The notes under the pieces were generated by a model that was not told the origin of the DNA, ran no database searches, and was given only the letters and a program-made list of their open reading frames with translations. A stretch of 60,630 bases of DNA, filler included. It is 4 parts of 4 records of this genome, joined end to end, with 100 filler letters (N's around TTAATTAATTAA, not from the genome) between each part and the next. Parts side by side here need not be neighbours in the genome. Positions count along the whole stretch, not along the records: positions 23,851 to 50,835 come from SRR20825006_1388; positions 50,936 to 60,630 come from SRR20825006_1393; 2 more parts are not named here. The stretch is one strand, 5' to 3'. Position 1 is the stretch's first letter, and every line of letters begins with the position of its first letter. Below, piece after piece: positions 42,190 to 52,391 of the stretch. Made by a program: the position numbers and the translations under genes.

Positions 42190-45100
42190 ATGCTGAATTT
42201 CCGTTTCGATGCCTTTCGATCATTCTATCTGGCTGGCGTTGCGATCGCTGCTCTGGCGTCTTGCGACGTTCTGCCTGGCGTGTTGCAGGCGAAGGCCGAT
42301 GAGATCGAGACGGTGGACTTCAGCAGTCAAGTCAGACCGATCCTTTCCGATCGTTGTTTTCACTGTCATGGCCCCGACGCGGACAATCAAGATTCCGAGT
42401 TCCGGCTCGATAGCCAAGAAAACTTGGTCGCCGACCTCGGAGGCTACGCTGGCGTCGTGCCCGGCGATCTGGAGGCCAGCGAACTGATCGCCCGCATTCG
42501 CAGCGAGGACGAGTCAGACATGATGCCGCCACCGGACAGCAACCGGTCGCTCAGCGAAGAAGAAAAACGAATCCTCGAACAATGGGTCGCCCAAGGCGCC
42601 CCCTACGAAGGACACTGGGCGTTCGAACCACCAACCCGGCCGAAGGTTCCCACGGCGGCCGTGACCGAATCGGGATGGCCCAAAGACGTCATCGATCGCT
42701 GGACGAAGAACCCCATCGATGCCTTCATCGCTCAAAAACTGCTCTCCAATGAACTCACACCCTCACCCGACGCGGATCCCGCCACCCGCCTCCGACGCGT
42801 TTCGCTGACTTTGACGGGGCAACTCCCCAGCCCTGAACTGCAAGACAGATACTTGGCCGATCCAAGTGAACAAGCCTTCGAAGAGGCAGTCAATGAATTG
42901 ATGTCGACCTGGGACTATGCCGAACGTCAAGCATTGCTGTGGATGGACGCCGCTCGTTATGCCGACACCGACGGCTATCAAAACGACCCCGAACGCAGTA
43001 ACTGGCCCTGGCGTGACTGGGTGATCCAAGTGTTCCACAACAACATGCCGTTCGACCAATTCACGGTCGAACAGCTTGCCGGCGACATGCTCCCCAACGC
43101 AACGGACGAGCAACGACTCGCCACCGCGTTCAATCGAAACCACCGTCAAAACAGCGAAGGCGGTGCGTTGGCAGAAGAGTTCTTGGTCGAGAACGTGATC
43201 GATCGCGTGGAAACAACCGGAACCGTTTGGCTTGGTTTGACGCTTGGATGCACGCGTTGCCACGACCACAAATACGATCCCGTCTCGCAACGCGAGTTCT
43301 ACCAGTTCTACGGTTACTTCAATAACATCGGCGAGCGTGGGATCGGCAAAGGCGTGAGTGCTAACCCCACGATGAAATTCGCTTCGCCGCTGGCAACAGC
43401 ACCCCCACAAGAGCTCGCAGCGGTGCAGCGGGCCGAGCAAGCGATCCAGGATGCCGAGTCCGGGATTCATCAACGGATGGACCAATGGGCGGCCGAAACC
43501 CAACAACTGCTGCAAACATCCCTCGACGTGAAATGGCAGCACGTCACCCTCGACGAAATCCAACTGACCGGTGAAGGGAAACTGGAAAAAGAATCCGAAC
43601 ACACGGTTGTCTTCCAACCCACCGAAGGAAAAAACGCCAAGAACGTTGCCTATGAATTCGTGATCCCAGGCGATCTTTCCGGCACGAGCATGTTCAAGGT
43701 GACCGCTTTGCCGGACAAGCGTTTTGGTGCACCTCGCAAGTTGGCACCGAGCGTGAACGGCAACTTCGTGTTGACCGATTTTGAGATTCACGTCGGCGAC
43801 AAAACCCAAACGGTGCAATCCGTTTCCGCTTCCTTTGAACAGGAAAAATACCCCGCGTCGAACGCAATCGATGAGGATCCCAAATCAGGTTGGGCTGTCT
43901 TTGGACCGAACGTTGAAGAGCAACCCGTTGACATCACGTTCCTGTTGCAAGAACCGATCCAGTCCGACGCCGAGCAACCCACCAAGCTCACGCTTCGATT
44001 CGACAGCTCGTTCGCGAATCACGTCATCGGCAAACTCCAAATCGAACGTTCCGCGTCGGCGACGGATTTGCCCAAGCGGGTGACTGGACTGAATCAAAAG
44101 CTGAAGGACATCCTGTTGAAACCCGCCGAGGATTGGACGAAAGCGGATCGCAAACAATTGCTGGCTCACTACCGCAAAATCGACCCACCGCTGAAGGCCG
44201 CCCAACAACAATTCTCCGTCGCCGACAACGCGTTGATGCAGAAAACGGGTCCCCGTGTTCCGGTGATGGTGATGAAAGAACGTGAGTCGGATCCGCAACC
44301 GGCCTACCTTTTGGACCGAGGCCAATACGATCAACCGGTCAAAGACGAACCGCTGCCGCGAGGCGTTCCCTCGGCTCTGCTGCCTTCCTCGGATGCACGC
44401 CAACCGCAGGATCGTTTGGAACTGGCACGCTGGATGGTCTCTCGTGAGAACCCGCTGACAGCTCGAGTCACCGTCAATCGGATTTGGCAAAGTCACTTTG
44501 GGTCCGGCATCGTCAAAACGGCCGAAGACTTTGGTCTGCAAAGCGAGATGCCCAGCCATCGCGAATTGCTCGATTGGTTGGCTGTGGAGTTCATCGAATC
44601 CGGCTGGGATGTCCAAGCGATGCATCGTTTGATCGTGACCAGTGCGGCCTTCAATCAATCGTCCAAGCGGAGTCACGGGTTCAACGACCCGGACCCTGGA
44701 AATCGACTGATCAGCCGCGGGCCTCGCTATCGCGCCGATGGGTTCGTGATCCGTGACCTTGCCTTGCAAGTGGCGGGAATTGCCAACGACAAAGTCGGCG
44801 GGCCGTCCGTGAAGCCCTATCAACCGAGTGGGTTGTGGGAAAGCGTGGCTGCCAATGCCGGCACGCGATACAAGCCCGATCAAGGCGACAGCCTGTATCG
44901 CAAAAGCATGTACACGTACTGGAAACGAGCCGTCAATCCGCCGCGTCAAACCATCTTCGACGCCAGTGGTCGTGAGGTTTGCAACGTCCGCGTTCGACGC
45001 ACCAACACGCCGCTTCAGGCTCTGGTGTTGATGAATGACCCGACGTTTGTGGAAGCCGCCCGCAACTTGGCTCAACGTGCCTTGCAACTCGATGCCACCG

Positions 45101-45351
45101 ACGACGAACGCCTCTCGCAACTCGCTTTCTGGGCGATCGCCAAACGGCCTTCATCATCGACCTTGAAAGTGATGTCACGCAGCTTGTCTTACTTCCGAGA
45201 TCACTACCGCGCTGATCCGGAAGCCGCCGAGAAACTGCTGGCCGTTGGGGAATCGAAACCCGACAAACAACTGGATGCGACGGAGTTGGCGGCGATGACT
45301 GCCGTGGCTCACCTGATCTTGAACACCGACGAATTCATCACCGTTGAATAG
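42190..45351 (+). CDS. DUF1549/DUF1553 (PSD1) planctomycete cytochrome c domain protein
   Basis: VRPILSDRCFHCHGPD, HWAF, NPIDAFI, WMDAARYADT, CTRCHDHKYDP, NPLTARV.VNR.W, TNTPLQAL. Confidence 0.92.
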   Translation: MLNFRFDAFRSFYLAGVAIAALASCDVLPGVLQAKADEIETVDFSSQVRPILSDRCFHCHGPDADNQDSEFRLDSQENLVADLGGYAGVVPGDLEASELIARIRSEDESDMMPPPDSNRSLSEEEKRILEQWVAQGAPYEGHWAFEPPTRPKVPTAAVTESGWPKDVIDRWTKNPIDAFIAQKLLSNELTPSPDADPATRLRRVSLTLTGQLPSPELQDRYLADPSEQAFEEAVNELMSTWDYAERQALLWMDAARYADTDGYQNDPERSNWPWRDWVIQVFHNNMPFDQFTVEQLAGDMLPNATDEQRLATAFNRNHRQNSEGGALAEEFLVENVIDRVETTGTVWLGLTLGCTRCHDHKYDPVSQREFYQFYGYFNNIGERGIGKGVSANPTMKFASPLATAPPQELAAVQRAEQAIQDAESGIHQRMDQWAAETQQLLQTSLDVKWQHVTLDEIQLTGEGKLEKESEHTVVFQPTEGKNAKNVAYEFVIPGDLSGTSMFKVTALPDKRFGAPRKLAPSVNGNFVLTDFEIHVGDKTQTVQSVSASFEQEKYPASNAIDEDPKSGWAVFGPNVEEQPVDITFLLQEPIQSDAEQPTKLTLRFDSSFANHVIGKLQIERSASATDLPKRVTGLNQKLKDILLKPAEDWTKADRKQLLAHYRKIDPPLKAAQQQFSVADNALMQKTGPRVPVMVMKERESDPQPAYLLDRGQYDQPVKDEPLPRGVPSALLPSSDARQPQDRLELARWMVSRENPLTARVTVNRIWQSHFGSGIVKTAEDFGLQSEMPSHRELLDWLAVEFIESGWDVQAMHRLIVTSAAFNQSSKRSHGFNDPDPGNRLISRGPRYRADGFVIRDLALQVAGIANDKVGGPSVKPYQPSGLWESVAANAGTRYKPDQGDSLYRKSMYTYWKRAVNPPRQTIFDASGREVCNVRVRRTNTPLQALVLMNDPTFVEAARNLAQRALQLDATDDERLSQLAFWAIAKRPSSSTLKVMSRSLSYFRDHYRADPEAAEKLLAVGESKPDKQLDATELAAMTAVAHLILNTDEFITVE

Positions 45352-46864
45352 AGAACATGCCATGAAACCCAATGACATCACTGACGAGCATCGCATGATG
45401 CTGACTCGCCGTCATTTCTTTGGCCGGTCGGCATCGGGAGTCGGCATGGCCGCGTTGGCGTCCATGATGGGACGCTCGGCGATGGCGGAAACCAACGCGC
45501 CCGCGCCAAGCAACGTTTCGCAACCGGACTTCCCTCAGCCCAACGGGGTGATGAAGGAATACCACACGCCGCCCAAGGCCAAACGAGTCATCTACTTGTT
45601 CCAAAGCGGGGCTCCGTCCCAGCAAGAATTGTTCGACTACAAACCGGCCTTGCAGCAACACGAAGGCAAAGAGCTGGCTGATTTCGTGGACATGAATCAG
45701 CGAGTGACGGGGATGACCGCCGGGCAAAAGTCGTTTCCGATGGCCGGTTCGCGGTACAAATTCGCCAAGCACGGGGAAGCGGGTTTGGAACTCGGCAGCG
45801 AGCTGATTCCAAAGATTTCAACGCTGGCCGACGACATGTGTTTGATTCGCTCGATGCACACCGAGGCGATCAACCACGATCCCGCGATGACCTTTTTCCA
45901 AAGCGGGAACCAATTGCCCGGCCGGCCCAGCGTGGGATCGTGGCTGCACTATGGCTTGGGCACGATCAACGAGAACCTGCCCACCTTCATTTCGATGGTG
46001 TCGCGTGGCACGGGGCGTCCCAACTGCCAACCGCTCTACGATCGATTGTGGGGAAGCGGGTTCCTGCCGTCCACCTATGCCGGCGTCAAACTGATGAGCG
46101 TCGGGGATCCGGTGCTGTACCTGAGTAACCCAGACGGCTTTGACGCCAAGGCCCGGCGCCGGATGCTCGACGACCTGCAGCAACTCAACCAAGAGAAACT
46201 GGATGAGTTCGGTGATCCCGAGATCCATTCGCGAATCCAGCAATACGAATTGGCGTACCGAATGCAGACTTCGGTGCCTGAACTGATCGATTTTTCGGAC
46301 GAGCCCCAGCATGTTCTGGATGCTTACGGTCCTGATGTGACGAAACGTGGAACGTACGCCTACAACTGCTTGCTGGCACGTCGTTTGGCAGAACGCGACG
46401 TGCGATTCATTCAGCTTTTCCACATGGGATGGGATCAACACTTCACGCTGCCGAAGCAATTGCCCGGCCAGTGTCGCGACGTCGATCAAGCGACAACGGC
46501 GTTGGTGAACGACTTGAAACAACGCGGTCTCATGGAAGACACACTCGTCGTTTGGGGAGGCGAGTTCGGACGCACCTCATATTGCCAAGGCACATTGAAC
46601 GCAGAGACCTACGGTCGCGATCACCATCCACGTTGCTTCTCGCTCTGGATGGCGGGAGCCGGCGTCAAACCAGGGATGTCGTACGGAGCGACCGACGAGG
46701 TTTGCTACAACATCACCGAGAACCCCGTCCACGTGCACGACCTGCACGCCACGATGTTGCATTTGGTGGGCATCGACCACGAACGTCTCACCTACCGATT
46801 CCAAGGCCGCTACTTCCGCCTCACTGACGTCCACGGACACGTCATCCGAGACATCCTGACCTAG
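45344..46864 (+). CDS. DUF1501 domain protein (Tat)
   Basis: TRRHFF, AKRVIYLFQSGAPSQ, CLLARRLAE, WDQH, WGGEFGRT, GRDHH. Confidence 0.92.
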   Translation: MNREHAMKPNDITDEHRMMLTRRHFFGRSASGVGMAALASMMGRSAMAETNAPAPSNVSQPDFPQPNGVMKEYHTPPKAKRVIYLFQSGAPSQQELFDYKPALQQHEGKELADFVDMNQRVTGMTAGQKSFPMAGSRYKFAKHGEAGLELGSELIPKISTLADDMCLIRSMHTEAINHDPAMTFFQSGNQLPGRPSVGSWLHYGLGTINENLPTFISMVSRGTGRPNCQPLYDRLWGSGFLPSTYAGVKLMSVGDPVLYLSNPDGFDAKARRRMLDDLQQLNQEKLDEFGDPEIHSRIQQYELAYRMQTSVPELIDFSDEPQHVLDAYGPDVTKRGTYAYNCLLARRLAERDVRFIQLFHMGWDQHFTLPKQLPGQCRDVDQATTALVNDLKQRGLMEDTLVVWGGEFGRTSYCQGTLNAETYGRDHHPRCFSLWMAGAGVKPGMSYGATDEVCYNITENPVHVHDLHATMLHLVGIDHERLTYRFQGRYFRLTDVHGHVIRDILT

Positions 46865-47182
46865 TCGCCCCCACCGGGTGACCCAACGCACGACGGCCCC
46901 GCACGCGAGTCTCTCCGATTCTGACCGCTCGGGAAGCAAGGCCAAGCAGCAACCATCCGAAGATGGCGACGCTACCAATAGGCCCACAAAAAAGAATCAC
47001 GACTGCGTTTCCTGTATCCTGGCTGCGAGTCATGCCGCTTGAAATCACTGCGGCACAACTGCGTTCGCGCCAAAGGAAGAATCTTTTGCGAAGCATGCGA
47101 GGGTTCTTCCAAAAAACGCGAAGGATTCTCGCGTTGCCCGCGAATGCATTGGCAACGCCATCTTCCCCGGAGCCTTATCAGC

Positions 47183-50100
47183 ATGCCAAAACCCTCCACA
47201 CTGGCTGTGATCATCTCCATGATCACACTTTCCATCTTCGCCCCGGTGGATTGCCTCGCACAAAACATTCCGCTTGTTTATGACGTTGAGCACACGGGTT
47301 CAGAATTCCCGAAGCCCGTGTTGCCCGAATTCGATCAGTTGCCAACGGTGCGCCCTCTTCCCGATCCATTTGCCTGGTCGGATGGAAGCGGACGTTCCAC
47401 GGAATTCGCGGACTGGTCCAAGCGGCGAGCGGAGATCAAAGCGGAGATTGAAAAATACGGCGTTGGCGAAAAACCCGGGCGTCCCAAAGACATCACGGCA
47501 ACCTTCAAAGACGGCACACTCACCGTGAAGGTGACCGAAAATGGCGAGACTCTAACGCTCAACGCGAAGGTTTCGTTGCCGCAAGGCGAAGGGCCATTCC
47601 CTGCGGTGATCGGCATTGGCTTTGGCGGAGGAACCGGGAGTCTCCCTCCCGACATCTTCGCGGCGCGGAAGGTCGCGACCATTGGGTTCAACTTCAATCA
47701 AGTGATGTCGCACCAGCAGAATCGCGGCAACGAACCGATCAACCGGCTCTATCCGGAACTCACACACATCGGCGCCTACGCGGCTTGGCCATGGGGAATC
47801 AGCCGTATCATCGACGGCCTCGAGTTGGTCGAAAAAGATCTGCCGATCAACCACAAACGACTGGCCGTGACGGGCTGTTCGTTCGCTGGAAAGATGGCAC
47901 TGTTCGCCGGAGCATTCGACGAACGCATCGCCCTGACCATCGCTCAGGAATCGGGCGGCGGCGGCGCGGCTGCATGGCGAGTTTCCGAAACCCTTGGCAA
48001 CGTGGAAACGCTTGGCAAAACGAGTCGAGCGTGGTTTCGGGAAGAGATGTTTCAATTCTCAGCCGCCGTCGACAAACTGCCGTACGACCATCACGAACTG
48101 ATGGCGATGGTGGCTCCGCGAGCTCTGTTGGTTCTCGGTAATCCAGATTACGAATGGTTGGCCGATGAATCCGGATACGTTTCCTGCCGTGCTGCTCACG
48201 AAGTCTGGAAAACGTTCGGCATCGGCGATCGGTTTGGGTTCTCGATCGTCGCTGGACATCCGCACTGTCAGCTTCCTGACAGCCAACGACCCGAAGTTGA
48301 AGCGTTCGTCGACAAATTCCTGCTGGGCAAGCCCGACGCCAATACTGACGTCACCAAGCATCCCTTCGATTTGGTCGAGCACGAATTCTGGTACGACCGT
48401 TGGACGAAAGGAAAGTCGACGTTCCCAACCTTGGATGGCGAAAACATTGAGACCTTCACGTTCGAAGCCGAAGCGATGGAGCCCGGTTCGGACTGGCAAA
48501 TCAAATCCGCCGAGGACGCTTCGGCTGGAGAGTACATCACGATCAAGTCCAGCCTTGAAAGCCCACAAGCCGCTCCCGCTGGCGACAGTGGGTCCCTCAC
48601 GATCCCATTCACAACCACCAAAGACGCCAAGTACTACATCCACGCTCGGGTGAACTGTCCATCCGCGGACGACGATTCTTTCTGGATTCAGGTCGACGAC
48701 GGTGATTTCGTTGCCGCCAACGGCTTGGGAACCAAAGGCTGGCAATGGGTCAAGCTCCACGCGTTCAAGCCAACCGCTGGCAAGCACACGCTGACCATCA
48801 AGTACCGCGAAAACGGAGCCTTGCTCGATCGCATCGGAATCACAACCTACCCGTTCGGCGCAGACGCCCTCGACGCCGCCAAAGCAGAGCCAAGCCTCAA
48901 AGATGCGGTCGGCAAGCGGTTCAAGATCGGTGTCGGACATCGCGTTATTCAGAACGCGGAAGACGCAGCCCTGATTCGCAGGCACTTTCAAATCCTGACG
49001 CCTGAAAACTGCATGAAGCCTCAGGGCATTCATCCGCAGGAAGATGAATGGGTGTTCGAGCCCAGCGATGCGTTCGCCGACTTCGCCCGAAAACACAACC
49101 TGGAAATGGTTGGCCATTGCCTTGTTTGGGCCAAGGATGACCGAACCGACGAATGGATGATGAACGAAGGCGAAAAGCCAGTCTCGCGTGAGAAGTTGTT
49201 GCAGCGAATTCAAACGCACGTCAAGACCGTCGTCAGTCGCTACGCCGACGTGGCTACTCACTGGGATGTTGTCAACGAAGCCATCGGCGACAGCAACGAT
49301 GATCTGCTCCGCGATTCGGTGTACTCGCGAACGACCGGAATGGACTTCATCGTCACTGCGTTCAAGACCGCCCGAGCACACGATCCCGACGCTCTGCTGA
49401 TTTACAACGACTACAACGGACACAAACCCGGCAAACGTGAGAAGCTGATTGAACTGCTGACAAAACTGAAAGCCGCCGGAGCCCCCATCGACGCGTACGG
49501 CATGCAGGGGCATTTTGAACTGGGCGACAACTCACTGTCAGAACTCCGCACGACCTTCGATGAGCTACGCAAGCTCGACATCCAGGTCGTGGTTTCCGAA
49601 CTCGACATCGACGTGGTCAAACGAGGCCGCTGGTGGGCGGACGGAAACAAGTATCGCGAGGAATTGAAAACGTTCGATCCCTACAAGGATGGCATGCCAC
49701 CGGAAATCGAACAGCAGATGGTCCAGCAGTACGTCGAATTGTTCAAGCTGTTTCACGAGTACCGCGACACCATCGCACGAGTCTCTTTTTGGAACCTGCA
49801 CGATGGCCAAAGCTGGCTGAACTACTTCCCGTGGAATCGGGTCAATCACCCGCTGCTGTTTGACCGCCAGCGAAAACCCAAGGCGGCGTTCGATGCCGTT
49901 CACGAGTTGTTACAAAACTCATCCGTCAGCACGGCAGCCGTGCGTCACACGCCGCTTCAACGCAATGACGCCAATTCGAAAGAGGCCCACAAGCAGCTTG
50001 TCGCTAAGACGAAACTCGGCAAGGTCGACGTCTACTTTCAGGGTGATTCAATCACTCGACGCTGGGGCGCGACGGACTATCCAAAATTGTTGGCTCACTG

Positions 50101-50650
50101 GAAGAAGTCGTTTCATGGCTGGAACGCAGCCAACTTCGCCTGGGGCGGTGACAACACGCATCACATGCTTTGGCGAATGCAAAACGGCGAGCTTGATGGC
50201 GTTTCGCCCAAGGTCGTTTGCCTTCAAGCCGGAGCCAATAATCTTCCATGGAATGGTGCGGCCAATAAGTCTCACGTGACCGACGTTGTCGAGGGCATCG
50301 CGGCCATCATCGACGAGTTCCGATCGCGGTTTCCCGATGTGCCAATTGTGTTGACGGCCATGTTTCCAAGAGATCAAAACCCAGCGCTCGCTGACACGAT
50401 CAACGCAATCAACGAGAAGCTGAAAGTGATCAGCCACGCGGACGAACGAATTCACTGGATCAATATCAACGCCGACCTGGTGGACTCCGAGGGCAAGCTA
50501 CTACCAGACGTTTCATCGGATGGCATCCACCTCGAAGCGGCTGGCTACGAGACCTGGGCAGAAGCGTTAACACCAATCCTCGAAGAAATCCTCGGCAAGC
50601 CAGCTGACGTAGATCAGGCTCCACCACCCACAGGCAACCCAGGCCTATGA
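47183..50650 (+). CDS. Multimodular CE15 glucuronoyl esterase-like / beta-sandwich / GH10 endo-xylanase / SGNH esterase
   Basis: CE15: AWPWGISRIID, GCSFAGK, ESGGGG, DHHEL...APR. GH10: TPENCMK, GHCLVW, WDVVNEA, YNDYN, QGH, VSELD. SGNH: GDSIT, GANN, DGIH. Confidence 0.88.
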   Translation: MPKPSTLAVIISMITLSIFAPVDCLAQNIPLVYDVEHTGSEFPKPVLPEFDQLPTVRPLPDPFAWSDGSGRSTEFADWSKRRAEIKAEIEKYGVGEKPGRPKDITATFKDGTLTVKVTENGETLTLNAKVSLPQGEGPFPAVIGIGFGGGTGSLPPDIFAARKVATIGFNFNQVMSHQQNRGNEPINRLYPELTHIGAYAAWPWGISRIIDGLELVEKDLPINHKRLAVTGCSFAGKMALFAGAFDERIALTIAQESGGGGAAAWRVSETLGNVETLGKTSRAWFREEMFQFSAAVDKLPYDHHELMAMVAPRALLVLGNPDYEWLADESGYVSCRAAHEVWKTFGIGDRFGFSIVAGHPHCQLPDSQRPEVEAFVDKFLLGKPDANTDVTKHPFDLVEHEFWYDRWTKGKSTFPTLDGENIETFTFEAEAMEPGSDWQIKSAEDASAGEYITIKSSLESPQAAPAGDSGSLTIPFTTTKDAKYYIHARVNCPSADDDSFWIQVDDGDFVAANGLGTKGWQWVKLHAFKPTAGKHTLTIKYRENGALLDRIGITTYPFGADALDAAKAEPSLKDAVGKRFKIGVGHRVIQNAEDAALIRRHFQILTPENCMKPQGIHPQEDEWVFEPSDAFADFARKHNLEMVGHCLVWAKDDRTDEWMMNEGEKPVSREKLLQRIQTHVKTVVSRYADVATHWDVVNEAIGDSNDDLLRDSVYSRTTGMDFIVTAFKTARAHDPDALLIYNDYNGHKPGKREKLIELLTKLKAAGAPIDAYGMQGHFELGDNSLSELRTTFDELRKLDIQVVVSELDIDVVKRGRWWADGNKYREELKTFDPYKDGMPPEIEQQMVQQYVELFKLFHEYRDTIARVSFWNLHDGQSWLNYFPWNRVNHPLLFDRQRKPKAAFDAVHELLQNSSVSTAAVRHTPLQRNDANSKEAHKQLVAKTKLGKVDVYFQGDSITRRWGATDYPKLLAHWKKSFHGWNAANFAWGGDNTHHMLWRMQNGELDGVSPKVVCLQAGANNLPWNGAANKSHVTDVVEGIAAIIDEFRSRFPDVPIVLTAMFPRDQNPALADTINAINEKLKVISHADERIHWININADLVDSEGKLLPDVSSDGIHLEAAGYETWAEALTPILEEILGKPADVDQAPPPTGNPGL

Positions 50651-50767
50651 CCGCGAACTTCCGATCCGGTCGTGTCTCTCGGAATTAGTTCAACGAACGG
50701 CAGCTGTGCTCTGCAGTCTGCGTCTGTCGCGGGGAACTTCACTTGCGACACACCTCGCTCATTTTCA

Positions 50768-50835
50768 ACCACCGAGAACACAGAGGTTCCCAGAGATCAA
50801 TGCGAGCAACCCTCCGTGTACCTCCGTGCCCTCTG
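50768..50835. repeat. Second palindromic repeat family (CAC[A/G]GAG units), truncated at contig end
   Basis: ACCACCGAGAACACAGAGGTTCCCAGAG ... CTCCGTGTACCTCCGTGCCCTCTG, an imperfect inverted pair. Confidence 0.55.
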
Positions 50836-50935
50836 NNNNNNNNNNNNNNNNNNNNNNNNNNNNNNNNNNNNNNNNNNNNTTAATTAATTAANNNNNNNNN
50901 NNNNNNNNNNNNNNNNNNNNNNNNNNNNNNNNNNN
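50836..50935. other. Artificial contig spacer
   Basis: 100 nt of N with TTAATTAATTAA. Confidence 0.98.
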
Positions 50936-50936
50936 C

Positions 50937-51032
50937 GGCATCGCCGTTTTGACCTCCGTGTCCGGTGGCACCAAAGCCCTCGGCAACACCATCTCCACCG
51001 ATCTCGCAACACGCTCTGTTGTGGCTTACTAA
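50937..51032 (+). CDS. Flp-type pilin, C-terminal part (not in ORF track)
   Basis: GIAVLTSVSGGTKALGNTISTDLATRSVVAY*, upstream of cpaB. Confidence 0.7.
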   Translation, partial: GIAVLTSVSGGTKALGNTISTDLATRSVVAY

Positions 51033-51066
51033 ACACTCTGGCCCTCGGGCCATGGCGACAAAATCA

Positions 51067-51097
51067 AAAGCCGCGCTCTGGGACAGGGCGCGGCTTT
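51067..51097 (+). terminator. Stem-loop after pilin
   Basis: AAAGCCGCGCTCTG-GGA-CAGGGCGCGGCTTT. Confidence 0.7.
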
Positions 51098-51318
51098 CCT
51101 ATTGCTCAATGTCGCGGCATAAATCTGCGCTTTGATCCTGCGCCTTGGTAAAAAGACAACCCGGCCCTTTTACCCGCTTTGTCCCGAAACACGAAAAAAT
51201 TCACATCCTCGCCACCCCGCGATCACCGAAATGCCTCATTTGATCGGCACGGTGGCTGGATGGAGCATAAGGGGTGGCCGCTGAAAGCGACCTCAAACCC
51301 CGGAAGCAAAGGAAAGAC

Positions 51319-52167
51319 ATGATGCGTATTATTTTCGGATTGGTTCTCGTGATTGGGATCGCATTGGCCGGGTTCGCCGTCCATATGACCCGAGGATATA
51401 TGTCCACCTATCAGGCCGAGTTGAACCGCGAAAAAGAGATGCGGGCCCAGATGATCCAAACGGAAGAGATTTTTGTCACCTCTGCCTTGATCAACTTTGG
51501 CGACCCGATCACGACAGAGATGGTCAAAAAGGTCAGATGGCCGGTCGAAGCCATGCCAGAGGGTGTGTTTCGCACCGAAGAAGACCTTTTCCCCGAAGGC
51601 CCGGATACGCCCCGCGTCGCTCTGCGTGCCATTGAGCCGATGGAACCGCTGATGGCGGTCAAATTGAGCGCCCCTGGCGAAGATGCCGGCGTGGCCACGC
51701 GCCTGTCGAAAGGGATGCGGGCTTTTGCGATCAAGGTCGACGTGTCGACAGGCGTCTCTGGTCTGCTGCGTCCGGGCGACCGTGTTGACATCTATTGGAC
51801 TGGTCAATTGCCGGGGTCCAGCTCTGACTCGACCAAATTGATCCTGACCTCAATCCCCTTGGTGGCCGTCGATCAGACAGCAAACGGGGAACGCCAATCC
51901 TCCACCATCGCCCGCACCGTCACCGTCGAAGCCACCCCCACCCAAGTCGCAGGGCTGGCCACAGCTCAAAGCTCCGGCCGTTTGTCCCTCTCGCTGGTCG
52001 GACGCAACGACGACACCATCGTCGGTGGCGTCGAAGTGGACCAGCGCACGCTTTTGGGCATTGCTGAAGAACAGATCATCGCCGAAAAGCCCAAAGATCA
52101 GGTGTGCACAGTCCGCACCCGCAAAGGCGCAGAAATCATCGAAATGCCGATCCCATGCTCAAACTGA
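51319..52167 (+). CDS. cpaB: Flp pilus assembly protein CpaB
   Basis: SAF-like region, GMRAFAIKVD...GVSG.LRPGDRVD, ARTVTVE, LSLSL. Confidence 0.92.
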   Translation: MMRIIFGLVLVIGIALAGFAVHMTRGYMSTYQAELNREKEMRAQMIQTEEIFVTSALINFGDPITTEMVKKVRWPVEAMPEGVFRTEEDLFPEGPDTPRVALRAIEPMEPLMAVKLSAPGEDAGVATRLSKGMRAFAIKVDVSTGVSGLLRPGDRVDIYWTGQLPGSSSDSTKLILTSIPLVAVDQTANGERQSSTIARTVTVEATPTQVAGLATAQSSGRLSLSLVGRNDDTIVGGVEVDQRTLLGIAEEQIIAEKPKDQVCTVRTRKGAEIIEMPIPCSN

Positions 52168-52187
52168 TCAGGCCGGTGCAAAAGACC

Positions 52188-52215
52188 AAAGACGGCGGGA
52201 CACCCAGCCGTCTTT
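52188..52215 (+). terminator. Stem-loop after cpaB
   Basis: AAAGACGGC ... GCCGTCTTT followed by ATTT. Confidence 0.6.
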
Positions 52216-52391
52216 ATTTCGTCACCTTGCTCGATAACACTCACTATTTCACACAAACCTTGTGACTTATCCACATCACAAACAGCGTTCAACAGATTGA
52301 TTCTTGCAAAAAAACGGAAATTGACACATGGTTCCAGCAAGTGGACCAAAAGAGTCCGATTTTGAGGCGTGGTCGACAGAGGCAGGATCAC

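Noticed and set aside
39719-46864. ECF-FecR divergent from DUF1553-DUF1501
   Set aside because: Function is unknown, but this is a very common paralogous module in Planctomycetes.
14522-50835. Many long overlapping or antisense ORFs (e.g. 15005-16723, 21688-23103, 43885-45120, 48059-49513)
   Set aside because: They are shadow frames of GC-rich genes with no recognisable motifs.
14422-50935. Apparent horizontal-transfer junctions and repeated TTAATTAATTAA
   Set aside because: These are three identical 100-nt N spacers and hence concatenation artefacts; no linkage between contigs can be inferred.
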